A stretch of 64,000 nucleotides of DNA, from assembly GCA_965113315.1 (NCBI GenBank), contig OZ220364.1; one strand, given 5' to 3'. Shown here piece after piece: positions 38,381 to 49,698 of the stretch. The translations under genes were made by a program, and so were the position numbers. The notes under the pieces are model-generated. The model was not told where the DNA came from and made no database searches. It was given only the letters and a program-made list of their open reading frames with translations. Within the stretch, counting starts at the first letter, position 1. Every line of letters starts with the position of its first letter. This stretch comes from Podarcis vaucheri (Eukaryota).

Positions 38381-39482
38381 CAGTGGTACCTCGGGTTACA
38401 TACGTTTCAGGTTACAGACGCTTCAGGTTACAGACTCCACTAACCCAGAAATAGTACCTCGGGTTAAGAACTTTGCTTCAGGATGTTAAGTTAAGAACGG
38501 ACCTCCAGAACGAATTACCGTATTTTTCGCTCTATAACACGCACCTGACCATAACACGCACATCGTTTTTAGAGGAGGAAAACAAGGGAAAAAATATTCT
38601 GAATGAAACAGTGGACGTATCATTTTTGTGTTTCATGCTGTGGCCACAGACATGTGATCTGATGGTGAATTTGGGGTGACCCAATGCAAAAATCCTGAGA
38701 ATCCCTGTGGATCCATGCTTTGTAACCACGTTTTTGCACCATTGCAGCCCCAGGCAACAGTGGGTGCGTGATTTTTTTGGGGGGGGACAGGCTGTAGCCA
38801 TGGACATGCTGTGTGATATGATGGTGAATTTGGGGTGACCCAATGCAAAGATCCTGAGGATCCATGTGGATCCATGCTTTGTAACCACATTTTAAGTGGG
38901 GAGGGAAGGAAAAACACAGAAGGCTAAGAATGCAGGAGAGGGCTATAACGTGAGGAAAGGAAGGCAAAAGTTTCCCCCCACCCACCCACACAAGCCAGCC
39001 ACTGTTTAAGGATTTCATCCTTTTAAATGGAAGAAAGCATATTTGAATGCTGTGTGTCTCCAAAAACAAAAAGCAGGAAGTCAAATCAGAATTTTAAGCC
39101 GAACCTGTAATCTCTCTTCCCTTCACAAACATTGTTCCCTCCGGAGCAGGGACAGGATAGAGCGACGCTCTGCTTTCCCCTCTACTTGCCTGGAGGGGAG
39201 GGGCTTTCCCTGCTCTTTGTTCCGTTTGAGCAAACACAGCAACGAAACAGAGCAGGGAGGGCAGTAAGACCCTGAGGCAGAATGCAGGAAAGCAGCAACT
39301 TCCTGTCTCACGGAGCTCCCTTCTCCCTGAAGCGCGGTTTGATTTTTGCCTTATTTTTCGGCTCCAGGGACCAAACATTCGCTGGATAACACGCACAGAC
39401 ATTTCCCCTTCCTTTTTAGGAGAAAAAATCTGCGTGTTATAGAGCGAAAAATACGGTAAGTACTTAACCCGAGGTACCACTG
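38381..39482 (+). mobile_element. Tc1/mariner MITE, copy 3, interrupted by a second Tc1/mariner element
   Basis: TA|cagtggtacctcgggtta...taacccgaggtaccactg|TA; the host sequence resumes across the insertion (cgaat-TA-agtacttaac). Confidence 0.9.
38518..39456. mobile_element. Nested non-autonomous Tc1/mariner (pogo-like) element, 939 bp
   Basis: Perfect 26-bp TIR ccgtatttttcgctctataacacgca; TA duplication at 38516-38517 and 39457-39458; internal ~77-bp direct repeat (38653-38729, 38812-38888); no transposase ORF. Confidence 0.9.
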
Positions 39483-40688
39483 TACTTCCCTCTTCAAAAC
39501 TGCACTTCAGTTGCACTTTGTACTATACTTCTATTCCCTACCCCCCTTTTCCTTCTTCGAGGGAAGCAGATTCCTCCGGTGGAGATCAGGTAGCTATGGA
39601 GATCCTTCCCTCCCAAACATGACACACCTTTACCTAATCCCACTGACTGACGTTAAGGAAGCAGAGGTGAGCGGGGTTATGAGTCAGGATTTGGCACCAC
39701 CAGCTACTGCTGGGAAAGAGTACTTGGTGCATGGGGCAGGATTTGAGCAGCTTCAAGCCTCTCTGTTCCTTGAAGATCGCCCTGGAGGAAGAGCTGGAAT
39801 TAACTGCGCACACACAACTTCGCCTGGGGATAGCATGCTTCTTGTCGGAAAGCATTTGCTGGCGCCTTAATCCCCCACTCTTTCAAGTACAGTCACTGTT
39901 TCGTTCCGTCAATGGATGTGGAGGGAAGCAACGAGCAAGGCCTGGGAGGCGGCTTGCCTGGCTGTTGGATCCAGTCTCTATCTTCTTACATAACGGGCAC
40001 ACAGTATGGGGGCTACTCACTGTGCCACCACCCTCCGCCCAGCAGAATGCATTCGTAATTGCCAGTTTCCATCGCTGAGGCTATTTGCTCTCCCTTCTTC
40101 GAGTTGAGTGAGCTGTGCCCCATGTCCCCATGCGACGCAAACACCACCACCCTCTGGTGGTGACACATGCGTGGTGCAGCTTGCAGCAGTGAAGGAAAGA
40201 GCATCCATTGACAACAAGGTGGAGGGATGAGAGAGTGCCAGCTGGCCAACTGGGCCACTCCTTCCAAAAGACTTAAAAAAAACAAAACCCCCAAAAAAGC
40301 TATGCAGCAGAGTAGAATGAGATGCCCATAGGCAAGGGAACATCCAAGATTCAGAGCCCCATCTGAACAAAATTATCAGTTTCGGTTTCTCACTTTTCCA
40401 GTCTTAAAAGTTCAGTTTGCCCCTTTTCCACATTAGTTTGCATTAAAAAAAGGGGAAGGGGGGAAGGTCCAGGCAAAAAATTGTTTGCAATTTTGTGTAT
40501 ATTTCTCTGTAGATGTGCACGTTATATGTAAATTTACCTAACACACACATTTCTGCTGGCAATTTTCCATAACACAATGCATTTTTGTACTCTAACATAC
40601 ACAATTTTGTGTGTATTTTTTTTTTAACTGGAGAAATGCATTGCAAAAACACTGAAGGAAGATCAGCAGACTTGGGGTGGGGGGGGCT

Positions 40689-41100
40689 GAATCATAGAAC
40701 TGTAGTGTTGGAAGGGACCCTGAGGATCATTTAGTCCAGGGGTCAGCAAACTTTTTCAGCAGTGGGCCAGTCCACTGTCCCTCAGACCTTGTGGGGAGCC
40801 AGACTATATTTTTTTTTTGGGGGGGGGGAATGAACGAATGCCTATGCCCCACAAATAACCCAGAGATGCATTTTAAATAAAAGCACACGTTCTAATAATG
40901 TAAAAACACGCTGATTCCCAGACTGTCTGCGAGCCGGATTTGGAAGGCGATTGGGCCGGATCCGGCCCCTGAGCCTTAGTTTGCCTACCCATGATTTAGT
41001 CCAACCCCCTGCAATGCAGGAATATGCCACTGTCCCATAGGGGGGGTCGAACCTGCAACCTTGGTGTTATTAGCACCATACTCTAACCAACTGAGCTATC
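40689..41100 (-). mobile_element. tRNA-Ile(AAT)-derived SINE with CR1-derived 3' tail, interrupted by a hAT MITE
   Basis: Minus-strand head gatagctcagttggttagagtatggtgctaataacaccaaggttgcaggttcgacccc (A and B boxes, AAT anticodon); the tail ggttggactaaatgatcctcagggtcccttccaac...ttctatgattc matches the CR1 end at 17120-17183. Confidence 0.85.
40737..40993. mobile_element. hAT MITE nested in the SINE
   Basis: Perfect 8-bp TSD atttagtc (40729-40736 and 40994-41001); termini caggggtcagcaaact / agtttgcctacccatg. Confidence 0.9.
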
Positions 41101-41470
41101 AATTCAACCACTCCTTTGACTTGCCTGGAACCAGGGAGAAGAGAGGGTGTCCTATGGGGAGAGTAAAGAGAGTAAGACAGAGAGGCTTGGAGGGACACAC
41201 TTGACCCCAGGCCTACTCTAATCATACTGCAATAGTAAACGTGAAAGACTTCCAGTCTTCCAAAGCAGTTTTTTTTTTAAGCACTCCCCACCGCACCCCA
41301 ATCATAACTTCTACTCTTTGAAAGCAGAGGTTTCTAGGCAACCTAATGGCATGGGAGAATAGATATATAGGCAGATAGGCAAGGTATACTCCTTCAAGCC
41401 AAGGGTGTATTGTTCCACAAACTGCTAACTATGCCTAGAAGCAGTAAACACTTCTGAAAAGACACTCTGT

Positions 41471-41508
41471 GTATCTGAAGAAGTGTGCATGCACACGAAA
41501 GCTTATAC
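41471..41508 (+). ncRNA. Minimal type I hammerhead ribozyme motif in a Penelope-like element end
   Basis: GTAT-CTGAAGA-a-GTGTGCATGCACAC-GAAA-GC-TT-ATAC: stem I GTAT/ATAC, intact core, palindromic stem II, AAGCTT palindrome in place of stem III; followed by a Penelope-like end (tctttaaggtgctac). Confidence 0.7.
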
Positions 41509-41620
41509 CAAGAACTAACTCAGTTGGTCTTTAAGGTGCTACAGGAAGGAATTTTTTTATTTTGACTTCTGAAAAGAGTTTGAGCAGAAAGAACTAAGAA
41601 AAGCCAAGGATGGTGTAGAA

Positions 41621-41945
41621 CAGGGGCCAGCAACCTTTTTAGCTCATGGGCCGGTCCACCATCCCTCAGACCATGTGGTGGGCCAGATTGTATTTTTTGG
41701 GGGGAGGGGGGGATGAATGAATTCCTGTGCCGCACAAGTAACCCAGAGATGCAGTTTAAATAAAAGCACACATTCTACTCATGTAAAAACACCAGGCAGG
41801 CCCCACAAGTAACCCAGAGATGAGTTTTAAATCAACGGACACAGTCTACTCATGTAAAAATACGCTGATTCCTGGACCGTCCGTGGGCTGGATTGAGAAG
41901 GCGATTGGGCTGCATCCGGCCCACAGGCCTTAGGTTGCCTACCCG
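41621..41945. mobile_element. hAT MITE, same family as 40737-40993
   Basis: Similar body with an internal duplication (cacaagtaacccagagatg...ctactcatgtaaaa twice); TSD gtgtagaa/gtgtagag (7/8 match). Confidence 0.85.
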
Positions 41946-42469
41946 GTGTAGAGAAAGCATCTTTGGCAAGGCTTTCGGTGTTGCAACAGGGCTCACTGTT
42001 CCCAGCGTAAGTGTCAAAAACAAATACCCGGAGCCCAAAGAGTACAGTAGAGAAGTAGGACATATGGACCCCAGCTTGCTGGAGAATAACCATTCTCTTC
42101 AAAGTGCTAGGTTAGGGTGCAAGCTACTCCAAAGTCCTTTCTTTCAGGAACTCATACTAGATATACAAAGTGCGCTGAGGCCAGGCCAGGCCAAAGGGCC
42201 ATAGTCTATCCGACACATCTTATCCTGACAGACAGCGTCTCAGCATTCTGCTCCTCTACTTAAGACCCTTCAACTATAAAACCAGCACACGGTTCCAAGG
42301 AGCATGTTGTAGGCAGTGTGCATTGGCATGCTGGAGGCTTTCGTTTTCACACCACACCCACAAACGGGAGACACGTGTGGCAACGTGCATCAGGTTTGGC
42401 TTGACACCTGCCCGCTGTTATCATACGTCTTCCAGAAGATAAGAGTTGTCTGTTTTCAGACCTTCTTAC

Positions 42470-42591
42470 CTCCTGATCCCAGCAGCTTCGTCTCCTATTT
42501 CTTGTGGCATCCTCTCCTTCAGCTGTTTCCGGATATCCTTCCAGCGCTCCTCCAGCTGCTGTCGGAAAGGGTCCAGTTCCAAGCGGTCCAG
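42470..42591 (-). CDS. QRICH2: QRICH2 coding exon (DUF4795 region)
   Basis: ctttctgtgcag|LDRLELDPFRQQLEERWKDIRKQLKERMPQEIGDEAAGIR(R)|gtaaga; 122 nt, phase 0-2. Confidence 0.95.
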
Positions 42592-44098
42592 CTGCACAGA
42601 AAGGGACAGAACGGTTCTGGAGAGAGCTGCATGTTCAAGGCACTGGCGCGGTAGGGTAGAGCTGCAACGCTACCAATCCTGGAAGCGGTACTGCTGGGAA
42701 GCTAGCACTGAAGCTCCGCCCCTTTGAGTGAGTCGCTGCCATTCAAAATATTGTTCAGCCCACCTTTCTGGTGCTCAAGGCAGCTTGCAGCAGAAAAGTC
42801 GTGCATCCATTTCAACACAAGCTGGGAAAATGGCACCGTCATTAATCAGTGCCTAAGTGGTAAAGGCCTAGATATGGAGGAGATACCCCGGCAGAGCATT
42901 TCAAAAGGTAAGGTGCCACCACAAGGTAGACCCTGTGATGGGCAGGGGGTGTGGAGAGACAGAAGACCAAATTGAAATATTTTGTTCCCCCTTTACCAAT
43001 TAAATGAAGCAAAGATTTAACCGAGGGTCATTTAACGCTTTCTCACTGCTGAAATCAGATACTTTGAAAACAGTATGAAAGACCATAAAAGCTATATTAA
43101 ATAATTAATGGCTGGATGGCAATATTAGCATACAAAAACGCATATTAACTTACACTGCATTGTTTTAGAGAGGGAGTGAGTTAGAACATTTAAGATAATT
43201 GTATGGTGTGTAAAGACTGGAAATGTTCATATGTTTTGTATGTTTGAATTAAAAGAAACTTAAAAGGGAAAGAAGAAAAAGGTCCAGGTTCTGAAGGCAG
43301 GTTAGCAGAGAAGAGCCTCAGATGACAATTGGTATGAACAGGCAGGTTTCTATAGGAGAAGGCAAGCCTTCGGCCTAGGGATGCCCAACTATTTCACTTG
43401 GCCTGTCATTTTCAAGTGACCTAGTCTGATTTGCATTCCTGGACAGCAGATTAGAACACAATTACCCCCCACTTTTTGCACCCTTATTATTTTTGCAATA
43501 TAGTTCTCAGGTAAAAGATAATAAAAATACTAAAATGCATTCAAAAATGTGTATTTAAGGACAAAGTTCATACACAAATATGTATTTTATGTGATCAAAC
43601 ACATTAAACAGATTTTTTTTTTAAAAAATGCATTAAAAAGATTGATGCAGAAATGGGATAGAATGGGACCCATGAGTGAACATGTGTAAAACACACATTG
43701 ATTGGCAATTAGACTGGCCTGTCCATCCCTACTTCAGACATCCTGTTTACAGAGATTTACTGGTAAAAGCTGGCATTTCAAATCGTGTCCTGAAACAAAG
43801 TGGAAGCCAGTATTTAGAGGCAGGAATCATGTGTATTCCTACCCTTCAGTCTACCCTGGCTCACCTGATTGTCAGAGACAGGCACGAGCAATGAGACATG
43901 CATGGCTGGCACACCAGCATAAGCACTTACAGTAAGTGTTGGGAACAGGGCAGAAAGGGATGTGTTTCTGCATGAGTCACTGGGTACTCCCAGCCACATA
44001 CCACAGAACTGAACCGCAAACATGGGAAGCTCTCGACACTTTGGGATGCCCTCATTGGCCTGGCTGTGAATCATGGGCAAGGCAAGAGCCTTGCTCAC

Positions 44099-44263
44099 CT
44101 TGGAGTCCATTTCAATCAAGAGTTTGTCAAGCATCTTCTGCCAATCTTGTTCTTGCCCAGCCATCTTGTTCAACAGCTCCTGCATCATCTTATGCAACTG
44201 CTCCGTGGTGGCATCGAACTGGCTACGGCTGACCTTCGCAGCAAGGGCAGCCTTATCTGCTTT
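44099..44263 (-). CDS. QRICH2: QRICH2 coding exon (DUF4795 region)
   Basis: ctacttttccag|KADKAALAAKVSRSQFDATTEQLHKMMQELLNKMAGQEQDWQKMLDKLLIEMDSK|gtgagc; 165 nt, phase 0-0. Confidence 0.95.
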
Positions 44264-44587
44264 CTGGAAAAGTAGGGGGAAAGATGGGGGCATATCATTG
44301 CTAAGATCTGCATCGCAAAGAACACCCCTGCCCTTCCCATCAGTAGCTCTGAGTGTGCATGTCCAGAGAGCATCTCCCTCCAATCTATAAGGATGGCAAG
44401 CACCAGAATCCCCGTTCAAACTGCTAATGACTGCCCTGCAGGTTGGCTGCAGAGCTGGGAGCAGAATCCAGGCCCCATCTACTTCATACACTAGCTCCCT
44501 CTGCAGGTAGGGCTTATGCAGGAGCACCTAGCCATGGCTCGATGCCCATGGGACAACTGTGATGTGTTATCAAGTACAACTCCTCAC

Positions 44588-44662
44588 CACATCGATTTCC
44601 ATCACTAGGCTGTCTTTGTCCGCTTTTACATTTTCTAGTCTCTCCAGGGACTTGAACAACAT
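44588..44662 (-). CDS. QRICH2: QRICH2 coding exon
   Basis: gctctttacag|MLFKSLERLENVKADKDSLVMEIDV|gtgagg; 75 nt, phase 0-0. Confidence 0.93.
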
Positions 44663-45678
44663 CTGTAAAGAGCACAAAGCAAAATAATCAAAGGTGGTTA
44701 CCCCAGAGACTCACATTCCTACTCAGCAGGGTAGAGGAATCTGGTGCCCTTCAGATGTTTCCAACTTCATCTCCCATCAGTCCAGGCAGCATGGCCTATG
44801 ATCAGAGATGATGGGAGTTGTTTGTAGTCCAACATCATCTGGAAGGCTACAGAGTTCTTCATTCCCACTACACTTTTATTTAAAATTATATATATATATA
44901 TATTCATTTACTAGCACATGTTCTGCGAGGTCTCATTGCATCCAAATACTGCAAAGCACACAACTCTCATTCCAAAGTGAGCCGTCTTGTGCTTCTATCT
45001 CATGAGTGATAACAGACTGTAGGCTAGTGTATTGACAAAGCATGCTTTAGGTCAACTAGCTCAACATTTTGGGAATCGATACTGGGGGCAGAGTGGGGGT
45101 GGGAGGACGCTCACTTGCCAAGGAGGGCAACAGGGTGATTTGATGGGGCCCCTGGCAACCCTACCAAAGTTTAGTGAACATCAGGTAGAACTCTTACCCA
45201 CTTGTAAGAAAAACTCACAGTTGTTCTCAACAGCAGCAAGGAGCCAAGATACTGCAAATCTTAGCATCACACCTTTTTCTTTGGACAATCTGGCTGGCAG
45301 CTACTTGGTGGCTTATTATACAGCTTGTTCTCCCATGAGGGGTCTGGGTGGCAGGGAACATGATGGCCCCTGGAGAACAGGCTGCCGTCCTGCCCAAATA
45401 CCAAATGTTGGCACATCTGCTGTAAGAGGTGATTTGCTGATGCTGATTGAATTGTAGCTGCTTGTACCAAATGCCAACAAACCCAGCTGGATATCCAGTA
45501 CTGCCACCACAGCTATAGTCTCATGGCCTCAGTCACCTGCTTTGTCTCTTGACAGTAAGCAGAGGGAGGAGAGTCAGCTGCTTCCCCCTGGAGGAAGCAC
45601 CACGAATCCTTGTGAAGCAACAACATTGGGAATGTCCCATGTCATTTGACCCTCTAACCTGGCGTCAAGATCACCTAC

Positions 45679-45801
45679 ACTGATCTCCTTCTGCTTCTGG
45701 CGATGATCTTCTACAAGAGTGCCTGCGGTGGCGTTCAGCTTCTCACAGTCATCCTGAACTTGCAGGATGGTGCTTTGGATCTGGTTAAGCATCTCTTCAT
45801 C
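45679..45801 (-). CDS. QRICH2: QRICH2 coding exon
   Basis: ctttgcaattag|DEEMLNQIQSTILQVQDDCEKLNATAGTLVEDHRQKQKEIS|gtaggt; 123 nt, phase 0-0. Confidence 0.93.
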
Positions 45802-46623
45802 CTAATTGCAAAGGCAACAAAGTAATGAAAGCCAACATTGACATGGGTCTCCTTAATTAAATCCCTCCCCAAGTGTGTCAATTCCCTTTCGTTTTGGTGC
45901 AATGCATATTTTATCTACATTGGATCAGAACTACAGCCTGAAGATGACAGTACACCATCAAGCAAAAACTTTGTATTTAGGAGCAGACACCTGTGGGTTC
46001 TGCCTTTGCATGTGTCTCCTCTCTGGATGGAAGCACGTGTGTTGTTCTCACCCCTGCCCCTGGTTATCATTGATGTTGCACTGTACTTCCATTCTGCCCC
46101 TAGGTGCTGATATTAATGCACTTTCAGCATACAAAAGAAAGCACAAATCCTGGCACTTTGTCACAGAGCACAAAGAACAAAAAGATGCCATATGAGAAAA
46201 CAGAATCACAAAAAAGCCATGGACATAACCATTATCTATGATAGGGTGGCCTGTTCAATCCTTCTTAATTCCTTGCTTATGTTACCTAGGACAAGAATCT
46301 TTGGAGGATGGGAGAGGGATTCAGAGATCCCGTCTCTAGGGATGGGCAGGATAATAAATGATATGAATACAGATGCACACATAATGCCGTCTGAGGACAG
46401 CAGGTTGACTCATGCATTAGGAGAGCCCTTCTACGATTCTGTAGCTTCTGCTTCCAAGCCTCAGTGTGCCGCGGCTTCCCAGCACGTAACTCGCCAAATG
46501 AGCCTTCTTCAGGCCTTACCACTAAGTCTCAGATCAGGCCTCAGCATCCACACAGAGCCCCCTGAAGTCCTCCCTCTGCCCTCCGCCTGGAAACCTGAGG
46601 TCACGTTCTTGCGCCGGCCTTAC

Positions 46624-46872
46624 CTGGCGGTGCTTGGGTTTCTTGGCTAGTTTGCCTTCTGCCTGCCTTAACATGAAGTTGTTAATCAGGTCCTGCAGCT
46701 GCTCATAGCGCTTGAACAGCTGGCTAACCTTCTCACTGACATCTAAGCTGCAAGCTGCACATGTGCTCTGGACCTGAGCCACTCCAGGCTCCGGGGTAGG
46801 TGGCATGCTCATGGACAGCAGCGTGGACGAGGAAGCCATCATGTTCTCTATGACACCTCTAAGCTTGTCTAA
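46624..46872 (-). CDS. QRICH2: QRICH2 coding exon
   Basis: cccttgcccacag|LDKLRGVIENMMASSSTLLSMSM...CAACSLDVSEKVSQLFKRYEQLQDLINNFM...KPKHRQ|gtaagg; 249 nt, phase 0-0. Confidence 0.93.
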
Positions 46873-47769
46873 CTGTGGGCAAGGGAGAGAAGGAGGAGTC
46901 CAGCTTTAGACAAGGGAGCCAGACGACAAGATCTTTCTTATCTTCCACAGAACTGGGGCCGAGTGCAGGTGGCGACAGCTATATCGTGCTGCTCTAATTG
47001 GCCCACTCCATTGTCTCTCAAGAAAGATGGACGCCAACAATTTATTACAATATTTTCAGGCAGAGGCAAGAGGAGCAGGCAGGGTCTGGCAACACAACCG
47101 TAATGCCAAGAATCCCAGTGGCCACTTAAGAGATAAAGTTTCTAGAGCGCATGACTAGAGGTGGGGTGGAAGTTTTAGAAAGCAGGTCTGCTAAACTCTC
47201 AAGGGCCAATGTGGACATGACATATACCCCAGCCTGCCCGCAAAGTTTCTATTTATTCTGGAAGGGAAGCTTTCACTGGTGCCAGTGGGAGCTCTTCCAC
47301 ACACAGAGTTAATAGCAATATTTGTGAAAATGATTTTTGTTAGGACTATGGGGGTTTGGAGAGTTAAACCAGTCTGCAGTCCAATGAAAATTGGTCCTTG
47401 CCCCCTTGCAATTTGAACAGATGCATTTAGCGCAATCTCTGGTTTAGCTCTCAGGCTGCCAAAGGGGAGGGGATGGAGGTTTCGGTGGCCAAGGAGTGGC
47501 ACTTATTTCATCATGTGTCGGTTCACTGCCCAACACAGGACACTCTACAGTCCCCTCCCTTTCCCCCTGCCTCTACACAGTTGCTCACAAATATCTCTTA
47601 CTGCCAAGGGCATTTGCCTGGGATATCTGTGCCACTGTTGATGCCATTTTAGCTAACGCGGACCCCTTCAGGATCAGGCTGTGGCTACACTGCCACCCTT
47701 CTGCACTTCACTCTTTCCCATCGGGTGTGGCTCATGGCAAAGTTGCATCTGTTTACAAATGGGTATCGT

Positions 47770-48150
47770 AGAGGTGTCAGAAACATGAGGCCCTTGGCTG
47801 CTGCAGCTGCTCTGAAGCTCCCTGAGAATGCATGGCAGGAGTGGGTTTCCTGGGGAGTGCGGCAGGAACCTGCCCAAAGATCTCCTTCTGAAGCCCTTCC
47901 CTGGGTATTCCTGACTTTAGAAGTGAAGGTGGCTGGCTGGGGGAAAGGGCTTTTTTCATGGTGGCACCCCATCTGTGGAATGCTTGCTCCACCAAGGATC
48001 TATTCCTGCTGAACCTTTCTGTTCCCCAAGCAAATACCGTTTTACTAGCCCATGCCTCTTCAATCTGCTTAATGCAGTGGATGTTTTAGGAATTATTTGG
48101 TAACTTCTTTACAGTTTCATTGTTGCAATCGCTAATTGGAAGCAACCTGG
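47770..48150 (+). mobile_element. Decayed L2 3' fragment
   Basis: gaagtgaaggtggc...agggctttttcatggtggcaccccatctgtggaatgc aligns by eye with the L2 at 63190-63260. Confidence 0.55.
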
Positions 48151-49583
48151 GGCATTTTAGCACCTTGCCCTTCAGTTTTAAAAGTATCCCAGGTTGTCTT
48201 AAGCCAACAGCATGAAATGTAGGGAGCACCACAGGGTCTGAGCTCCCACAGCTTCCTCAAATGTGGAAGTGTGCAGGAGCAGACAGAGGCTTAGAGAACC
48301 CCATTTCTCTTTGGGAAAAACCTCCTTTGGGATTTGGCCTGTTGATGACATGGTTCCTCCATCACTTTATTTGGGAATTCCCACATTTGGGCTTGCATAG
48401 ATGATTTAGGGGCTGCTTGGTGGTGGTGGTGGGGACAAATGAACTAATTTAATCACCTTTGATGCTGAATGGTCAAAAGTCACGCTTCTCATCTGACTGT
48501 CAGTGGGAAGCCAATAAGAGGTTAGGGGTGGGTGGGACTTCCCTTACAAATCCACAACAGCAGAAAGTGAGCATTCCAAGAAGCCTAAGCTGGATGGCCA
48601 TGGGAAAGAAACAGGGTTACCATTGGAGGAGAGGAACAGGGCAGTGTGGCCTCCTTCTCTATACCTCTAGAAGAGGTTTGGTATGAGGGAAACAGCAGGT
48701 GATGCTTTACATGACATGGAGCCAAAGATTAACACCTGCCCATAGCTGCAAAACAAATAGCTGTTAAAAGCAGAAAGCTACAGGGGCCGGTTCAGAACAC
48801 TGGCAACTCCAGAGCAAAAGGCAGCAGGAAAGCAAGGCAACCAGAGTCTGCCCCACTGAGCAGAAGCAGCCAGAGCTTGAGTCAGCCTCCCTTATCTGGA
48901 GGATTAGGAAGGGAGCTTTTCATTAAAAATAAAAACAGGCAGCTGTCCATGTACCAACTGTGGGGATCCTGCAGGGACATATATCCTAATCCAGCCCAGA
49001 TAACTCTCAGCTACCTATCTACTTGTAAAAGTGGAATCAGTCCTCCCAAATTAGATCAAAACTGTTCCTAGGGTTGTGGGCTTCCCCACATCACAGCAGG
49101 GCATGCTTATTAAATCGAGGACAGCAACATTGCAAACTCCCGATTAGGAAACCCAATGACACAGCTGAACCCAACAGTACAAGAAAGTTACAATTTTAGG
49201 AGTGTACTTCTTCGGGGCAACCTGAAGAAGCGTATCTGGCAAGCTGATCACTGGCAAGGGATTCTTACTCCCTCTTTACTGTTACTCCTCCTGGCTAACT
49301 ACAAGGTGGCTGTCAGCTTAAGGCGTCAGCAGAAGAACTTGGACCAATCGTCTTTCCTAGAATTTCTAAGCATATTTGGCCCTGTCTGGCTCCTGCCTTA
49401 GAAAGCCTCATGTTTTTCTTCTCACTGTGAAAGAGCCACCTCCACAGAGCCTTTGCAGAGCACATATGTTTCAAGAGGAGATCTGACAGGCAAGGGACCT
49501 GAAACCAAACTAATGGCCAGGGGAAACCATGTGACTGATTCTTGGCAGCCAGGAAGAAAGACCTCACATTTCCACTCGCTGAC

Positions 49584-49698
49584 CTGTTCTTGCAGGTAGA
49601 TGGCAGTGTCGGTCACTGACTGCTCCAGCTTGGCTTTCCCCGTATCCTGCTTGTTTCTGAGCTCCTTTAGCTCTTTCTCTATATCCTGCACTGTTGCT
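49584..49698 (-). CDS. QRICH2: QRICH2 coding exon
   Basis: ctttgcggtacag|...ATVQDIEKELKELRNKQDTGKAKLEQSVTDTAIYLQEQ|gtcagc; 115 nt, phase 2-0. Confidence 0.9.

Noticed and set aside
41041-41100. tRNA-Ile-like sequence as a genuine tRNA gene
   Set aside because: The acceptor stem is incomplete and the sequence is fused to a CR1-type tail, so it is a SINE head.
43814-44527. 237-aa ORF as a stand-alone gene
   Set aside because: Only 44099-44263 is exon; the rest is open intronic sequence beyond clear splice sites.
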